The translations under genes and the position numbers were made by a program. A stretch of DNA of 64,000 nucleotides, from positions 2,928 to 66,927 of the forward strand of contig DF237240.1 in NCBI GenBank assembly GCA_000708835.1, written 5' to 3'. Shown one piece after another: positions 24,601 through 36,170 of this stretch. How positions within the stretch are numbered: the first letter of the stretch is position 1; every line of letters starts with the position of its first letter. The notes under the pieces were generated by a model that made no database searches, was not told the origin of the DNA, and saw nothing but the letters and a program-made list of their open reading frames with translations. Origin of the DNA: Klebsormidium nitens (taxonomy: Eukaryota > Plantae > Klebsormidiophyceae).

Positions 24601-27327
24601 TGTCGGCGACCACCTTGCCCATCTCGGGGAAGTGCCAGCCGTACCACTCGCGCACACGCATCGCGTACGTGTTCAGCTCCTTGTCCAGGTCGTCCAGCAG
24701 CCCGATCGCCTGCACAATCATCGTGTCCACCTGCGGGAAACGACGCCACGTATCAGCTCGCTGTTGGTGAGCGTAATTGGTCTCCGACATGAGGAGCTGT
24801 TGTAACTTTAAGAGCCGAACCTCCGTGCAGAAGTATCGGGTGTAAGTGCAAGCGAATGTTGGGTGGCTCTCCTTGCGGCCCCCTGTCAGTGGGCCACAAA
24901 ATAGTTTCTTTCTTCTTTCAAAACAATGGAGCAATTCGTGTGAATGATTGTTGGGTCAGTCTTCATAGCACTCGGTCAGATGGAACCCCAATCGATACTC
25001 TTGATCCATTGACTCTTGCGCGTCTCTCTTGGACTCTGTGACTTGATAACGGAGGCCTACGATCAAAGTACCAATTGACCCATGTGCCAAATGGACACTT
25101 TCCAGCAGACTCTGCCCTTATACCAACTTTTTTGGAAGTACTCGGGAGCCCAACGGCCCACATTTGACACAGCTCTCCAACCGAAAGAAGCCCACAAAAA
25201 TGGTCCAGAAAGGAGAGTACCCTCATCCGTAAACCTTTCATCCTCTCCTTGACCATCTTGCACTACTTGTGTTCAATCCATATCTCCATCACCTCTCGAG
25301 CCCTCTCACCTAAAAGTCTAGTGCACAAAAGCCCTATAGAAAACGCTGCTCAGTTTCTGCAGCTTACCTTATCAGGGCTGAACTTGAGCTTGTAGCGCGA
25401 GAGACTGTGGGACAGCCCAAGTGACATGGGCGCCAAGTCCTGGTCGCCCAACCCGCCCACCAGCTCCGTGAGCTGCGACCGAATTCCACGGAACAGCTCC
25501 ATGATCTGCATAAAGGAATCCGCGGATGAGCCAAGGAACTTGGATCGGAAGGTCCTGTATACCATTGAGTTGATCACTCAGAATCGTGCATTAGCTTGCG
25601 AGAATCCCCCTGTGCAGTTTCCTGCCTGTCGGCTACTGCAGAATGTGCTGCAGGCAACTGAAGCTGCTTCAAAGGGGGGTTCGAATCATTCAAACACTCG
25701 ACACAAGCTTCAAGATTGCTACGACCAGGTGCTCTTCAGGAAAGCCACAATCAACAACAACACATGTACCACCTAATCCACAGCAAAAGCCCACACAAAC
25801 ACACTCGGAATTAAAGGAACGGGCTTTACTCGGGATACGCCTGAGATAAAACGAGCGGGCATTAGTAGGCATACAGCCGGGATTAAACAGCAGGCTTTAC
25901 TCCGCACACACCCAGAATTAAAGGAACGGGCTTTACGCAGCTTTTTTTTTCAGTTGCGCCTCATTGTTTGCCACTCAACGACCTATTATTGGTGGACATA
26001 TTCCACAGGAAGAGCGCTCCCCAAGATTCATTGCAGGAAGAGCGCTCGCAAGAGTTGTCGCCAACTCACGGCAGCATTGTGGACGCAGTTGACATTGAGC
26101 TTCTCTTTGACGATGTTCCCCAGCTTGGAGTCAGCGATGGCGAGCGTCTCGCCCTTGCAGTGCTCCTTGATGAACTTGCGCAGGCCCTTGCTCAGCTTGC
26201 TCTCCACCAGAGCCGTTGCAGCGCCAAGCGCCGCCGCCGTGTTGTCAAACTTGTCAAATGCGGCCAGCTTGACCACCTGGAGGACAGGGAAAACCGCGGT
26301 GAGTTTGAGCTTAGTGAAACCTTATAAGTTGGAAGCACGGGGCGGCAATGACGATATGAGCACTCAGGTTCGCTTGTACCGCCGGCCACATTGTAAGGTA
26401 GGAAGAAAGGTGCGCGGATGAGTTTTCTAGCACCAACCGGGGAGCAAGGTTGCTACATAACCACTGCGGTTGTCAAATTGGTCAAAAGCTGCCAGCTTCA
26501 CCATCTCACAACAGTGAGTCAAGGAAGAGATAAAGTGGTTGATTTTAAAAAGAGTGCAAATTTGATTGGGTCTGCATCTTAATGGCAGTGTGTACAAGCT
26601 TTCCGCGGATCAGCACACTGCCGCAAACCGAAAACCGAGAGTGGTGCCGCAAAACAGAAGACTCTTCCTCAGAAAAGAAACAGTATTGCAGAAGCTGGCG
26701 ATAGCGCTTGAACCAGATTGCCAAAGGAAGCAGGGATGATGATAGAAGGCAAGAGTTGCAAAGCAAACCACAATGCGCGGTCAGAATGATGGTAAACTCA
26801 CCTTGGCAGCTGCCTCCGGTGTTTCAAACGACTTGTACAGATCCTGCAGAGAGCCAAGGGCAAAAACGTGTTTAGCGGCACCGAAGAATGCAGTCTTACA
26901 AGCGTCAGCGACAATCCACAGACCTTCTGAAAGTGCCATGGCCAACAAGTAACCCAAACACTGAGCTACTTCATCAAGCCTCAAGTAGGCCACACCACCA
27001 AGGAGCTGATGAAACCTTAAAGGCCATCATGCCCAGGTCTTGGTGATAGGGGCTGAATCACCAGAACAACTATATGCTTAATGGAGTATGGGCGGAGGAC
27101 ATTGTGTGAGAAGCCCATCAATGTCAGATATTGAGCAAAGTGGTAACGGTTGGCCCGCCAACACGAGAGTTCAGGTAATGGTGGCAAACCACCCACTGGT
27201 ATTGTGACCACCAGATCTTGTGGTAATGCTGCTGGAAAGAGATACTCACATCGACCTTGTCAAGCTTGCCCTCGTCTAGGACCTTGAACAGGGCGTGCCC
27301 TGCGGGCGTCTCAAAAAGGAGCAACAT
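21666..27327 (-). CDS. NOP58: Nucleolar protein NOP58 (Nop5), box C/D snoRNP core, 9 exons, 556 aa
   Basis: Exons 27327-27250, 26843-26802, 26276-26070, 25505-25368, 24730-24530, 24047-23751, 23205-23012, 22528-22396, 22046-21666; total 1671 nt. Motifs [104 protein letters not shown], and a K/E-rich tail. Confidence 0.97.
22221..22310 (-). ncRNA. Candidate intronic box C/D snoRNA-like RNA (NOP58 intron 8)
   Basis: A 7-bp perfect terminal stem (GTCCTCC/GGAGGAC) encloses a variant C box (ATGATGC) and a D box (CTGA) directly before the 3' stem. The C box is non-canonical and sits 10 nt from the stem. Confidence 0.3.
25799..25936. repeat. Short direct repeats in NOP58 intron 3
   Basis: ACACAC(T/C)C(G/A)GAATTAAAGGAACGGGCTTTAC occurs at about 25799-25829 and about 25906-25936, with a degenerate copy (GGATTAAACAGCAGGCTTTAC) between them. 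Confidence 0.65.
26900..26982 (-). ncRNA. Weak candidate box C/D snoRNA (NOP58 intron 1)
   Basis: TTGATGA (26977-26971) to CTGA (26908-26905) spans 73 nt, with the D box about 60 nt upstream of the 3' splice site. The terminal stem is weak and I recognised no rRNA target. Confidence 0.2.
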
Positions 27328-27817
27328 GATGGCGCCTTGACCACTTTGCTACGACGATGCACCACCGTGGAAGGCAGCCGGCAAGAAAGTGCCCGTAACC
27401 CAGCCGTTGTCCCCAACGCAATTAGAAGCTGGAATGCCGCCCCTCCACAATGTGCCGCGTTGTCTTTGTTCAGAAGAGATGCAGAGAAGCACAGGGTTCA
27501 ATCAGCTCTGCAATCAGCTAACCGAGGTACCTAGCGTATGGAGAACGAGAGCGAGCCAGAATCAGCTGCTCCACATGTTGATCGACAATGGATCTGCGCG
27601 CAAGCGCAGGTGCGTTACGCATGGTGCAGCTAGCAAATGGACTTCAGCATGGACTATCTATGGCGCTCATGGGTTGAAACAACATGAAAATGAGCAGATA
27701 CAAATTCGCACCGTCCGATAGAAACTGTAAAGTCAAAATGGACGTACTAGAGGGCAGCACAGTGTGCAAGACTGGGCAGGTCAGCAAGTGAAGTCAAAGT
27801 CCAAAGAGTTCTCTGGC

Positions 27818-27842
27818 TATAAATAGCACGGCCAGCTAGGGT
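27818..27842. promoter_or_regulatory. TATA-like box and telo-box-like motif in the NOP58/CENP-C divergent spacer
   Basis: TATAAATA at 27818-27825 (+ strand) and AACCCTA on the - strand at 27836-27842. Telo boxes are known in promoters of plant ribosome-biogenesis genes, but motifs this short can occur by chance. Confidence 0.3.
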
Positions 27843-28269
27843 TCGCATGCAGAGCTCGCCACTGCATTCAAATTGCCTTCCTTAAATTGTATTCCAACGA
27901 GATTGGACGCATTCATAACGTTGTTGCAGCATTGTTGCGGACGTCTTTCTCTTTCCAGTGTTTCATAGGTGGACGTGTAGTGGTCGTGAAATGGTCGCAT
28001 CAATTGGAGTAGAGCGGCCCCAGAGCCTCCTAAAGCTGCAATTTTATAATACCATGCCGAGCTTTGGACTCATGCAGACGCTGTAAGGCAGCGAATGGGG
28101 ACAGGCTGCGGACCTCAGCTCCAGGTTCTGCTGAACAGTGCAAGTCAGAATATCGGTGCTAGCTTGAGCAAAGGTTCTTCAGTTGCACGATGTGAATGCT
28201 GATGTAAAGCTGCCAGCATTTTCAATTCTTGGGCCAATAACAACTCGAAGCAGTGGCATCAAAGACAAG

Positions 28270-31200
28270 ATGGCAAGGGCTGCTGAAAATGACGATGACT
28301 TGTCCATGTTGATGCCAAAGAGCGTTCAAGGCTTGAAGCCCTCTGAGAGTGCTGAGAGTGAGTCGCAGGCATTGAGGGAGTATCTAGACCTGCAGGTAAG
28401 AGAGCTTCCTACTTCCTCTGCTACTTTGATCTACCTTCCCGGTTGTAACAGTGTTCTCATAAAACAGCTAGTAACAATATCTTGTAAGTGAGACAACAAG
28501 TTGTCGCAGTATCCATCAGTCATTTGCAGCATTCACCAGATGAGAAGCATTGTCTGTCATGTGGACTTTCCTGATACATTCTCCAAGCTCACTCCTGTTA
28601 TGCTGCTTCATCGTCGTTCTCTTGCTCTCTGAAATGATTAACCAGTGCCAAGAGCCAATTCAATGATGTTGTCAGCATTTTCCAATTTAATGGCTTGACT
28701 CCCTTGATAGACGAAAAGGAAGCTAAGCTTCCAACGCCCTATGTGTGGTGACCCTAAGCTAGTAATAATCACGAGCTTCCACAATGTCAGCAATGACTCA
28801 TCTGCATCAAACTCTTGCCAATTCCTTTCAGTTGCACGTTGCTCTCAATACACTCTTTATGTATCATTCATTGAACTACCTTGATCAGAGCCTGGTTTGA
28901 GGAAGCAGTTAGCCTGTCTGCAACCAAGTTTACCCCTTTGGTCAAGACTGTCCTGCAGGGTTAAGAGAGGATAGACAACTCCAATTTGACCTCGCAAAGC
29001 ATGCAGCTCATGTTGCACAGTGTAAGAGCCAAAGATGCCAGTTCCTCCTTTGACAGCTGGTGATTTCTCTCTCTGCAGAACGAGAAGGTGCAGCAGAATG
29101 AGCTTGCCGCTGCTGTCCCCCATGAGGTGTTCCTCCCTGCTTACAACAGAAGGCGCGACAGGCCTCCAAACCAGTGGAATGAAAGCAGAGGTCTTCTACC
29201 TGCTTCGCCTCTTAAGTTCACTGGCAGGTGAGATAGACTAGTGAATACTATTCGTCAATAATTTTGTAGGAATCGGTTCCACAGACATGTCAACAGATCT
29301 GCTGACTGCTTTCTTTCACTGCAAGGTTTCATTTGCTCGATCTCCTGACTTGAGTTACCAGCTATCTGTGTTGACGTATCTGGACCAGCCACCCTATCAG
29401 AGGCACAATAAACTGAGGTGCCATGTATGGTGTGCAGGAAAGCAGCTGCTGATCCCTTCTACAAAAAGGCCGGTGAAAAGATTGAAGGCGCCTGGGATGC
29501 TACATCTGGTCAGAACACGCCCAAACGGAACGGTAAGAACCGCCAGCTTCAAGTTGCTGGGATGCTCTCGCTTTCCATATAGTTCAGCGTCCAGCACTCA
29601 CTCTGCCGGATTGTGAGAAAGGTTCTAGTTTTTTGGGTCTCTAATTCCTTTCAGAAAGATGCATCCTACTTGAACCGCGCAACCTTAGTCAGGTGCTTCA
29701 AGGAATAATAAATCGAAGGTGTTCTCCGTATGGAACATTTTATCATACCACCTTGAACATCGTGTCAAACTTGTTACATAAATACCAGAACCATACATTC
29801 ATCTTTCAACTTGTCTACGACCAAGCAATCTTGCAACTCCACTCCTTTTTCTTGGCAGCTTTTCAACTTGTCACCGACGAGAACGCGCCCCCCTTGGAGC
29901 TCCTTCCCACTGCCTCCAAGCAGCGCAAAACGGAGCGCGAGGAGCGTAAGCAGAAGGGGAAGGCGCGTGGCTTTAACAAGCGACCCTTTGGCCTGGACCT
30001 GAAGCAGCACCCCAGGAAGGAGCACACAATCGAGAGCGAGTCTGATTGGAAGAAGCTGGAAGGACAGCTGGCGACGGTGCACACGGAGCGGCGACAGGCA
30101 AAGCTTGTTGACGGGCAAAGCAAAGGAGGAGAGGTGCCGGCTCGAAGGAGGGGCTGGGTCGCAGCACGACGTAAGAGCCTGCTACAGAGCAAGTCAGAAG
30201 CAGAGCTGAAGTCTCCGGGTCTTGTAAAGGGACAAGAAGACAAAGATGGTGGATTGCATCCAAGTGATGAAAAGCTGGAAGATGAGGAGAATTCAGGAAG
30301 CAGGGGCAACGGAGACCTTCCCGGGGCGCTGGCTACAGAGTTAGTCAGGCGGGCAAGAAAGCCGGCGGCTGGGATCAACGGGCTTTTCTGGCCGCGGTCA
30401 TCTTTGCAGCAAGAGGGTCAGGAGACCAGACGTCCGGTGCAAAGCAGTGAGGGGACGATGATGGACGCGGGTTTGGACATGGAGATTGACGAGTCGGACG
30501 AAGAAGTGGAGGGGCCGCTGAAAAGAGCGGAGGAGATCGCGGGTGGCCCACAAGGTAACAGCTCTGAGTATGTGTGACCCTTTCGATTTCGGTGTCAGAT
30601 GTAGAGACTTGTGTTGAGTCCTGGGTTGAAAGACAAGATCTGGAGGTCGTATCCGTGTGTACTAAAGCTTGAGCTTTGATTTGAGTGTTCGATCTCTTCC
30701 ATTCCAGTAAAGAGGTACTTCCATGGATTATTCGTTAATTCTGTACCATCCCGATTGAGACAAGTCGAGTCTGTTCATTGCGCTTGGATTTAAAGCGGTG
30801 CAGGGAAACGGAAAGCAGCGGCATCATACGCAAGCACTTAAATCTCCATTTTGAAAACAGGATGATTCACCTTCCCTTCTCTGCAGATGATGCACAATGG
30901 ACTTTCAACCCTCTCTTCGGCGGTCCAGATGCCACGGAGCATTTGCCGCAAGTCAAGCCCCCGCCTCCCAACACAACGGCCGAGATCGAAGCACCCGAAA
31001 CCGCCTCGCCTTTGCCAGTGAACTCAACCGAAGCTCAGCCCCCAAATACTCCCCAAACCTTCCCTCCTGATAAAAGCAACTTCCCCAAGGAAGTCGAACG
31101 AGCTCGCATAGTCTCTCCTCTAGTATCTCAGGCAGCGTCGAATCTGGTGTCACCAAGCCAGGGGGTCAGGAAGTCGCCCAGTCTTGACACCGACGGCGAA

Positions 31201-32713
31201 GAAGCTCAGGCAGCGGCGGCCCTTGCAGAGATGGATCTGGGTGGGGGGTTTGGAATTGCAGCGGCAGCAGCCCCCCAGGAAGAAGAGATAGATTTTCCAG
31301 CGTTGGAAGGATCGCCGCCTCCGGTCGCCCCGGTGGAGACTTCCGAGGGCGAGGAGAATAACAGCCAGGTAAGGACCTTGCTTTAGCAGGCGCAAGACTT
31401 AATCCAGGGAAGCAATGTGATACTGATGTATGCCTGCTTGAAATTCATCAAGCGGCGGTCGGTTTTGGTTGTCGTTCGCTGGTGTAAACCAATGGATGCA
31501 CGTTTTAACGTCCAAACAAAATAGAGCCGCTTCTAATGCCCGGCTATAAAATTCAAATCTGCCCCTTCTCCCAGCCGTAAAACTGTTCAGGCCTTTACTC
31601 CCCGACTTGTCAGATGGCGGAGCTCAAACTAGGCTTGCATATTTGTGCGCAGAATCCGTTCGGGTTGGCAGTCGCTGAAAGGAGCATAGTCCCACAAGCA
31701 GAGGAGCTCCAACCACAGCAGACTGGTCGAGGAAAGAAGAACAAGAGACTGATGCTGTTACACGGACGGACGAGCCTAGCGGGTGAGAACTGAGGCCCTG
31801 GCGCATCCATTGAGCTTGCGGAAGCATTAACACTTGGCGCCCTCAACGGAAGCTGGGTTGATGTCCACGTATGTTGCCTTAAGTATTCGCAACCTGACCA
31901 ACGGGGTTAGTCTGCGAAAGCTTTGCCATCGCTTTCTTGGTTGGCTGGACGCAAGCTCGCATGCTTTGCATCGCGAAGATTTTTTTGCGACACGTCAGGC
32001 GCCCGCCCGTGTTTGCTTTCTTTATCGCTGCGGTTCGAAAGAGGTTTCCATCTTATGAACAGCAAAGCTCCGCCTTGTCTACTGGTATGTGCAGATCTGT
32101 ACATGGTTCCGCTGGCAGGATGAGACTTTTCACGAAAAGCCTTGGAATACACCTCGACACACACCTTGGCATACCGTTTTTGCCCCGTTAAAAAGTTTTC
32201 AGGTTTTGCAATGAAAGTCAACTGAACTGCAGATGCTGGCCTGCGGACAGAGCATGGTGTTCGCAGAACGACCAGGGCGCGCATCCGGCCGCTCGAGTTT
32301 TGGAGGAACGAGACAGTCGTCTATGAAAGATCTCACAACAGTAAGAGTTCTGCCGATCGCTTTGTCTACCGGGACTTGTTGGTTCAGTTCGTTATGAGAC
32401 GTCCTTCCGTGTAGGCCAGGAGCTGGTGCCGGTGTCATCATTTGATTCTCCGTTGCTTCACAGATATCAGCCGAGAGAACAGTCTGAAGCATATTTTCTG
32501 CGATGCAAATTCGCAGATTTCGAAGACGTTGTCAGGCTGGTCTGGCTCATCAACGTTTTGTCTGCAGGTTTACCCACGATCGCGCGTGTCGTCACACTGT
32601 CTCCTGACCCTTTGTGGCCACGACCAGAGGGTCGCGAAGCCTTTCGCCTGCAGCGGAAGAAGCTAAAAGAGCTCGGTCAAGCGGAAGAAGTTTTAACTTT
32701 GTCAATGTCGTAA
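28270..32713 (+). CDS. CENPC: Centromere protein C (CENP-C/Mif2) homologue, 8 exons, about 643 aa
   Basis: Exons 28270-28395, 29079-29227, 29438-29532, 29859-30554, 30887-31368, 31653 (or 31614)-31782, 32233-32340, 32568-32713; phases consistent. The C-terminus GRTSLADAGLRTEHGVRRTTRARIRPLEFWRNETVVYERSHNSLPTIARV closely parallels the plant CENP-C motif as recalled (SLAAAG...[30 protein letters not shown].TVIG). Confidence 0.85.
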
Positions 32714-34075
32714 TATTTTCGTGGCACGCTACATGCTACAAGCTAGCTTAGATACAAGGAGCAGAGGACGCCTTCTCAAGATCTGTAGCTGCCAATCGCG
32801 GTGCCAGTGTATACTAGTTAATCGGTGCAGATCAAACGAGGTCCCACGTGAAGTCGCCTGCTTACAAGCTTCCCATGATCTGAGGCTGGTCGTCTTGTGT
32901 CATACGGAGACACGCCAAGGGCTGACCGAGAAAGATGATAATTGGCTGCTATGGAAGTAAAGGACGGTGGAGTACAAATGCCGAGCCTCGGTTGGTTACT
33001 GTATAGTGTACAGCAATAACAGATCGTCCCAAATACAGATGTCTAATTCTTCATAACGACCTTAGGCTGATTTACCAGTGCAAACTGTTATTGTTAAAGC
33101 AGATTCAACAAATGCTGATCATTGCCAGGTATCAACAACTCAACGTACATGCTGGGCTACACGGATGTTAACAAGCTTCCAATTGTGGGACTATTGTGCA
33201 TTAATTCATGCTCTTAGCATGTCAGTGTCCATGCAACCGCGCGAATGGTTTCGATCCCTGCAAATGGACTTGTGCCCCCGAAGAAACCTAAGTACTTTGC
33301 ATTTCCATTTCAGTTCAGTTCGATTTCGGAACCCATGAACCTAAATATGTCATTCAGAAACCTAAATATATGATTCAAGATCGTCCCTGCCATCTGGGAT
33401 GTCTCAGTTGGCTGTGGCTGCCTTCCTTTTGGTCACTTTGAAAGCACTCGATCAAATGAATGCACTGCCTTTGTTTGAATGGCAGTTGGTTCACTGAAGC
33501 AAACAGGCTTGCCCAGGGATGACACGTTACATGCGGCACCCATGATTAAATTGGTACATGGCAAGGCAGGGATTGCAGCAATACTTAGAGGAAGTACACC
33601 TAGACATACTCAGGCGCTATTGATTGGACAATTAACTACCACAAAATGTGCCATGTGAATCAACCAAAAACCAGACCCAGCAACCTTTGTCAATGAAATG
33701 ACCATTAAGTGGCTAACATGATGTGGCCAAAACAGGCACATTTCCCAAATGTTCAAGAAGTCGTGAGATTTTTCCAAACCTTTACATGTTGCATAGGACA
33801 CAAACCTATACATATCACATTTTTCAACCTTATTTGCAGCCTGTGCACCCCTAATTCACTACTTTATGTACAGATATGCTGCCGTTAAATCAACTTCATT
33901 GTCCTTCTGCTTCCTGCCTAGCTCTAAAATGGGTGGCAAACCCTAAAGGCTGAAACCCTATGAACACCCCCGCACATTTGCTACACACAGTGGCTGCAAA
34001 GAATGTCGTGAAGCTGCCCTAAGCCTGTACATGGACACTCGTGCTCTGTACAAACGCTTTGTACACTCTGACGTA

Positions 34076-34873
34076 TCAGCTGGCAGCAACCATCCGGCAA
34101 TTACCTAGCCTGCTTTCAAAGACGCTTGAGCAGTGCGCCAACACTGGTCTGGCGCCCACATTCATGCCTTCCGCCACCCCGTCGAAGATGCAGAACTGTG
34201 ACCTCAGCACGTGGTGGATGCACCTCGTGAGCGAGATCCAGCACAAGCTCCTATAGTACAGACTGCACAGAGCATCCAGGCTCCGCTGCTTCATCCGCCC
34301 TCCAGTCTGCCACTGTCCCGCTAACCTTGACCAATCTATGCTCTCATCGCCGTCCCCAGGACCCCAGCTCTCGTCTCCCGCCTTGCCGCCGCCTCTGTCT
34401 CCACGTCCGCCCCAATTCCCTCCTCCCCACTTGCCTCCAGAGCGCCCCCCTGAGCCACCTGAGCCCCCAAAACTGCCGCCACTTCCACCACTCCAAAACA
34501 CGCCCCCGTCGCCACCCCCTGGCAGCTGCTCATCATACCCTGGGTCGTCGTCGCCGTCCCCTCCGGTCACTTTCCGCGTTCCCGCTCTTCTCCTGCTCTT
34601 TGTGATTGTCGGAGCGCTTCTCGGCCGGTAGTAATGCGTGCCGCGTCTGGTTGGAGGCGGAGCAGTTACATCCTGAGGAGACTGGTAGAAGGAGTCTATG
34701 GACTGCCTGGGCGGAGATCCCGAAATCTCAGGCGCAGTCCCTGAGGCCTTGCCGGGGATAGAGATTGCACAACTGCGCAGGGCCTCACTAACAGCGTTTG
34801 CTACATGAGCAGAGCTGACAAGGCCCTGAGTGGACTGCACGCTTGTAGATACTTGCAGGGTTGTGACATCCAT
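34076..34873 (-). CDS. Gly-rich protein with a C-terminal hydrophobic motif, resembling an uncharacterised land-plant family (often mislabelled 'homeobox Hox-B3-like'), 265 aa
   Basis: Single ATG-started ORF with a Gly-rich tract followed by LYYRSLCWISLTRCIHHVL, similar to the recalled plant motif FVYEVLCWIALSNC.HF. Additional 5' exons cannot be excluded. Confidence 0.6.
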   Translation of the reverse strand: MDVTTLQVSTSVQSTQGLVSSAHVANAVSEALRSCAISIPGKASGTAPEISGSPPRQSIDSFYQSPQDVTAPPPTRRGTHYYRPRSAPTITKSRRRAGTRKVTGGDGDDDPGYDEQLPGGGDGGVFWSGGSGGSFGGSGGSGGRSGGKWGGGNWGGRGDRGGGKAGDESWGPGDGDESIDWSRLAGQWQTGGRMKQRSLDALCSLYYRSLCWISLTRCIHHVLRSQFCIFDGVAEGMNVGARPVLAHCSSVFESRLGNCRMVAAS

Positions 34874-35897
34874 CTTAAGGTGACTACGCCGCTACAGAGG
34901 AAGGTGCAAACAACCGGAAAGAAAAGAAAAAGCTATCCTTTCACCCCCCTGTCAACAGTAGATAAAACGAGCCTGAGGCAGGCAACGGCTGGGGACTTTT
35001 GCTTGAAAACCTGCAGGGCGCAACCCCCTGCCAGGCGCCCTCCCGACTTGCTTTCCTCCTGCTCGTACCGCCTCCTGCTTTTGAAATTTGACAGTTTTGC
35101 TCCTGCCGCCTGCGCTGCACAAGCAGAGTCCGAGCACTGAGCAGACCAGGCACGTACCTGGACGGTTGCATTGGAGGCATTCCCCGTGCACATCAAATAC
35201 GCTACCGGTCCAAAAAGGCCCACATTTGCCTGCTTTTAATTGCCCGGGAAAGGGCTCCTGGGTGTTGCTTGCCGCCAACAAGTTCATGACGTGGTAAGCT
35301 GCAAACCTATTGGTCCACGAACAACGGACTTGATATTTAAGAATGGGCACACCTTCTCGCGCAGGGGGGTCCAGGCGCCCAGCGTTTTAGGACCCCGGCC
35401 TTTCTTTCAGGATCTGGTCCACTGCGCGCGGATACGCGAGCACAAGTTTCTGTTGCGGGCATGCTTCTATCCTTCGCCGAAGTACCCGCCGGGGATGGGA
35501 GGTCTACCTATATTGTTGATTTTAGCTTTCAGGCTTCAGGTTTCAGGGTACTTGGAAGGATCGAGCCAGAGTGTAGTGCTGCCTATTCCCTGGGGCACCT
35601 AGTTTGTGGTTAGTGGGCTCAGGACTGGGTTTGATTTGCAACTAACCAGCCGAGGCGCAGTCTCCGTGCTTGTGACATCAGCACCCGGATGCGCGTTGAG
35701 GACGTCAGCGACCGCCTGGTTCGCGCGCCAAGTGCCTTTCCGGAGGCTTTTGAGTGGCCGCAGCCGTTCATGTGAATCACGTGGTAAGCTTTCGAAGCCA
35801 CGTACACGGCGGCCTTCCAGTTGTGCAATCATCATACAATCACAGTCCAGATTCGCTGGCACAAGCAGAAGTCAGCCTTCCTTGTGAGCGCTGAATA

Positions 35898-36170
35898 CCG
35901 TAGTGGCACCGTGCACGGACAATTCGCGCCAGGCTCTTACGAAAATTATATTTTTTCCATTTCTTGATATCGCACCATGGTTTTAAGGAATATTATCTTT
36001 TCGCACTAGCCAGAATTAACAGTGTTTTAGGCCTGTTTTTACGTGTTTTCAGGCTTCCGTTGATTTATTTTGTTTTCGCACTTTCGCACCAAGGTCAAAA
36101 TAATTTCCGGAAATTTTCGCACTAAGCCCTGAATAATTATTTTTGGTGCGAATTGTCCGTGCCACTACGG
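35898..36170. mobile_element. Tc1/mariner-type (Stowaway-like) MITE, 273 bp, TA target-site duplication
   Basis: Left TIR CCGTAGTGGCAC[CGTGCAC]GGACAATTCGCGCCA (35898-35931) versus right TIR 36144-36170 (reverse complement CCGTAGTGGCACGGACAATTCGCACCA): one mismatch plus a 7-bp insertion. TA lies on both sides (35896-97, 36171-72). The interior is AT-rich with several TCGCAC copies. Confidence 0.85.

Noticed and set aside
25678-25687. GGTTCGAATC, a tRNA T-loop/B-box-like motif
   Set aside because: No T-stem pairing, no A box and no cloverleaf around it.
33946-33970. AAACCCTA telomere-like motifs (also about 37968 and 57549)
   Set aside because: One or two isolated copies, not arrays, and not clearly at promoters.
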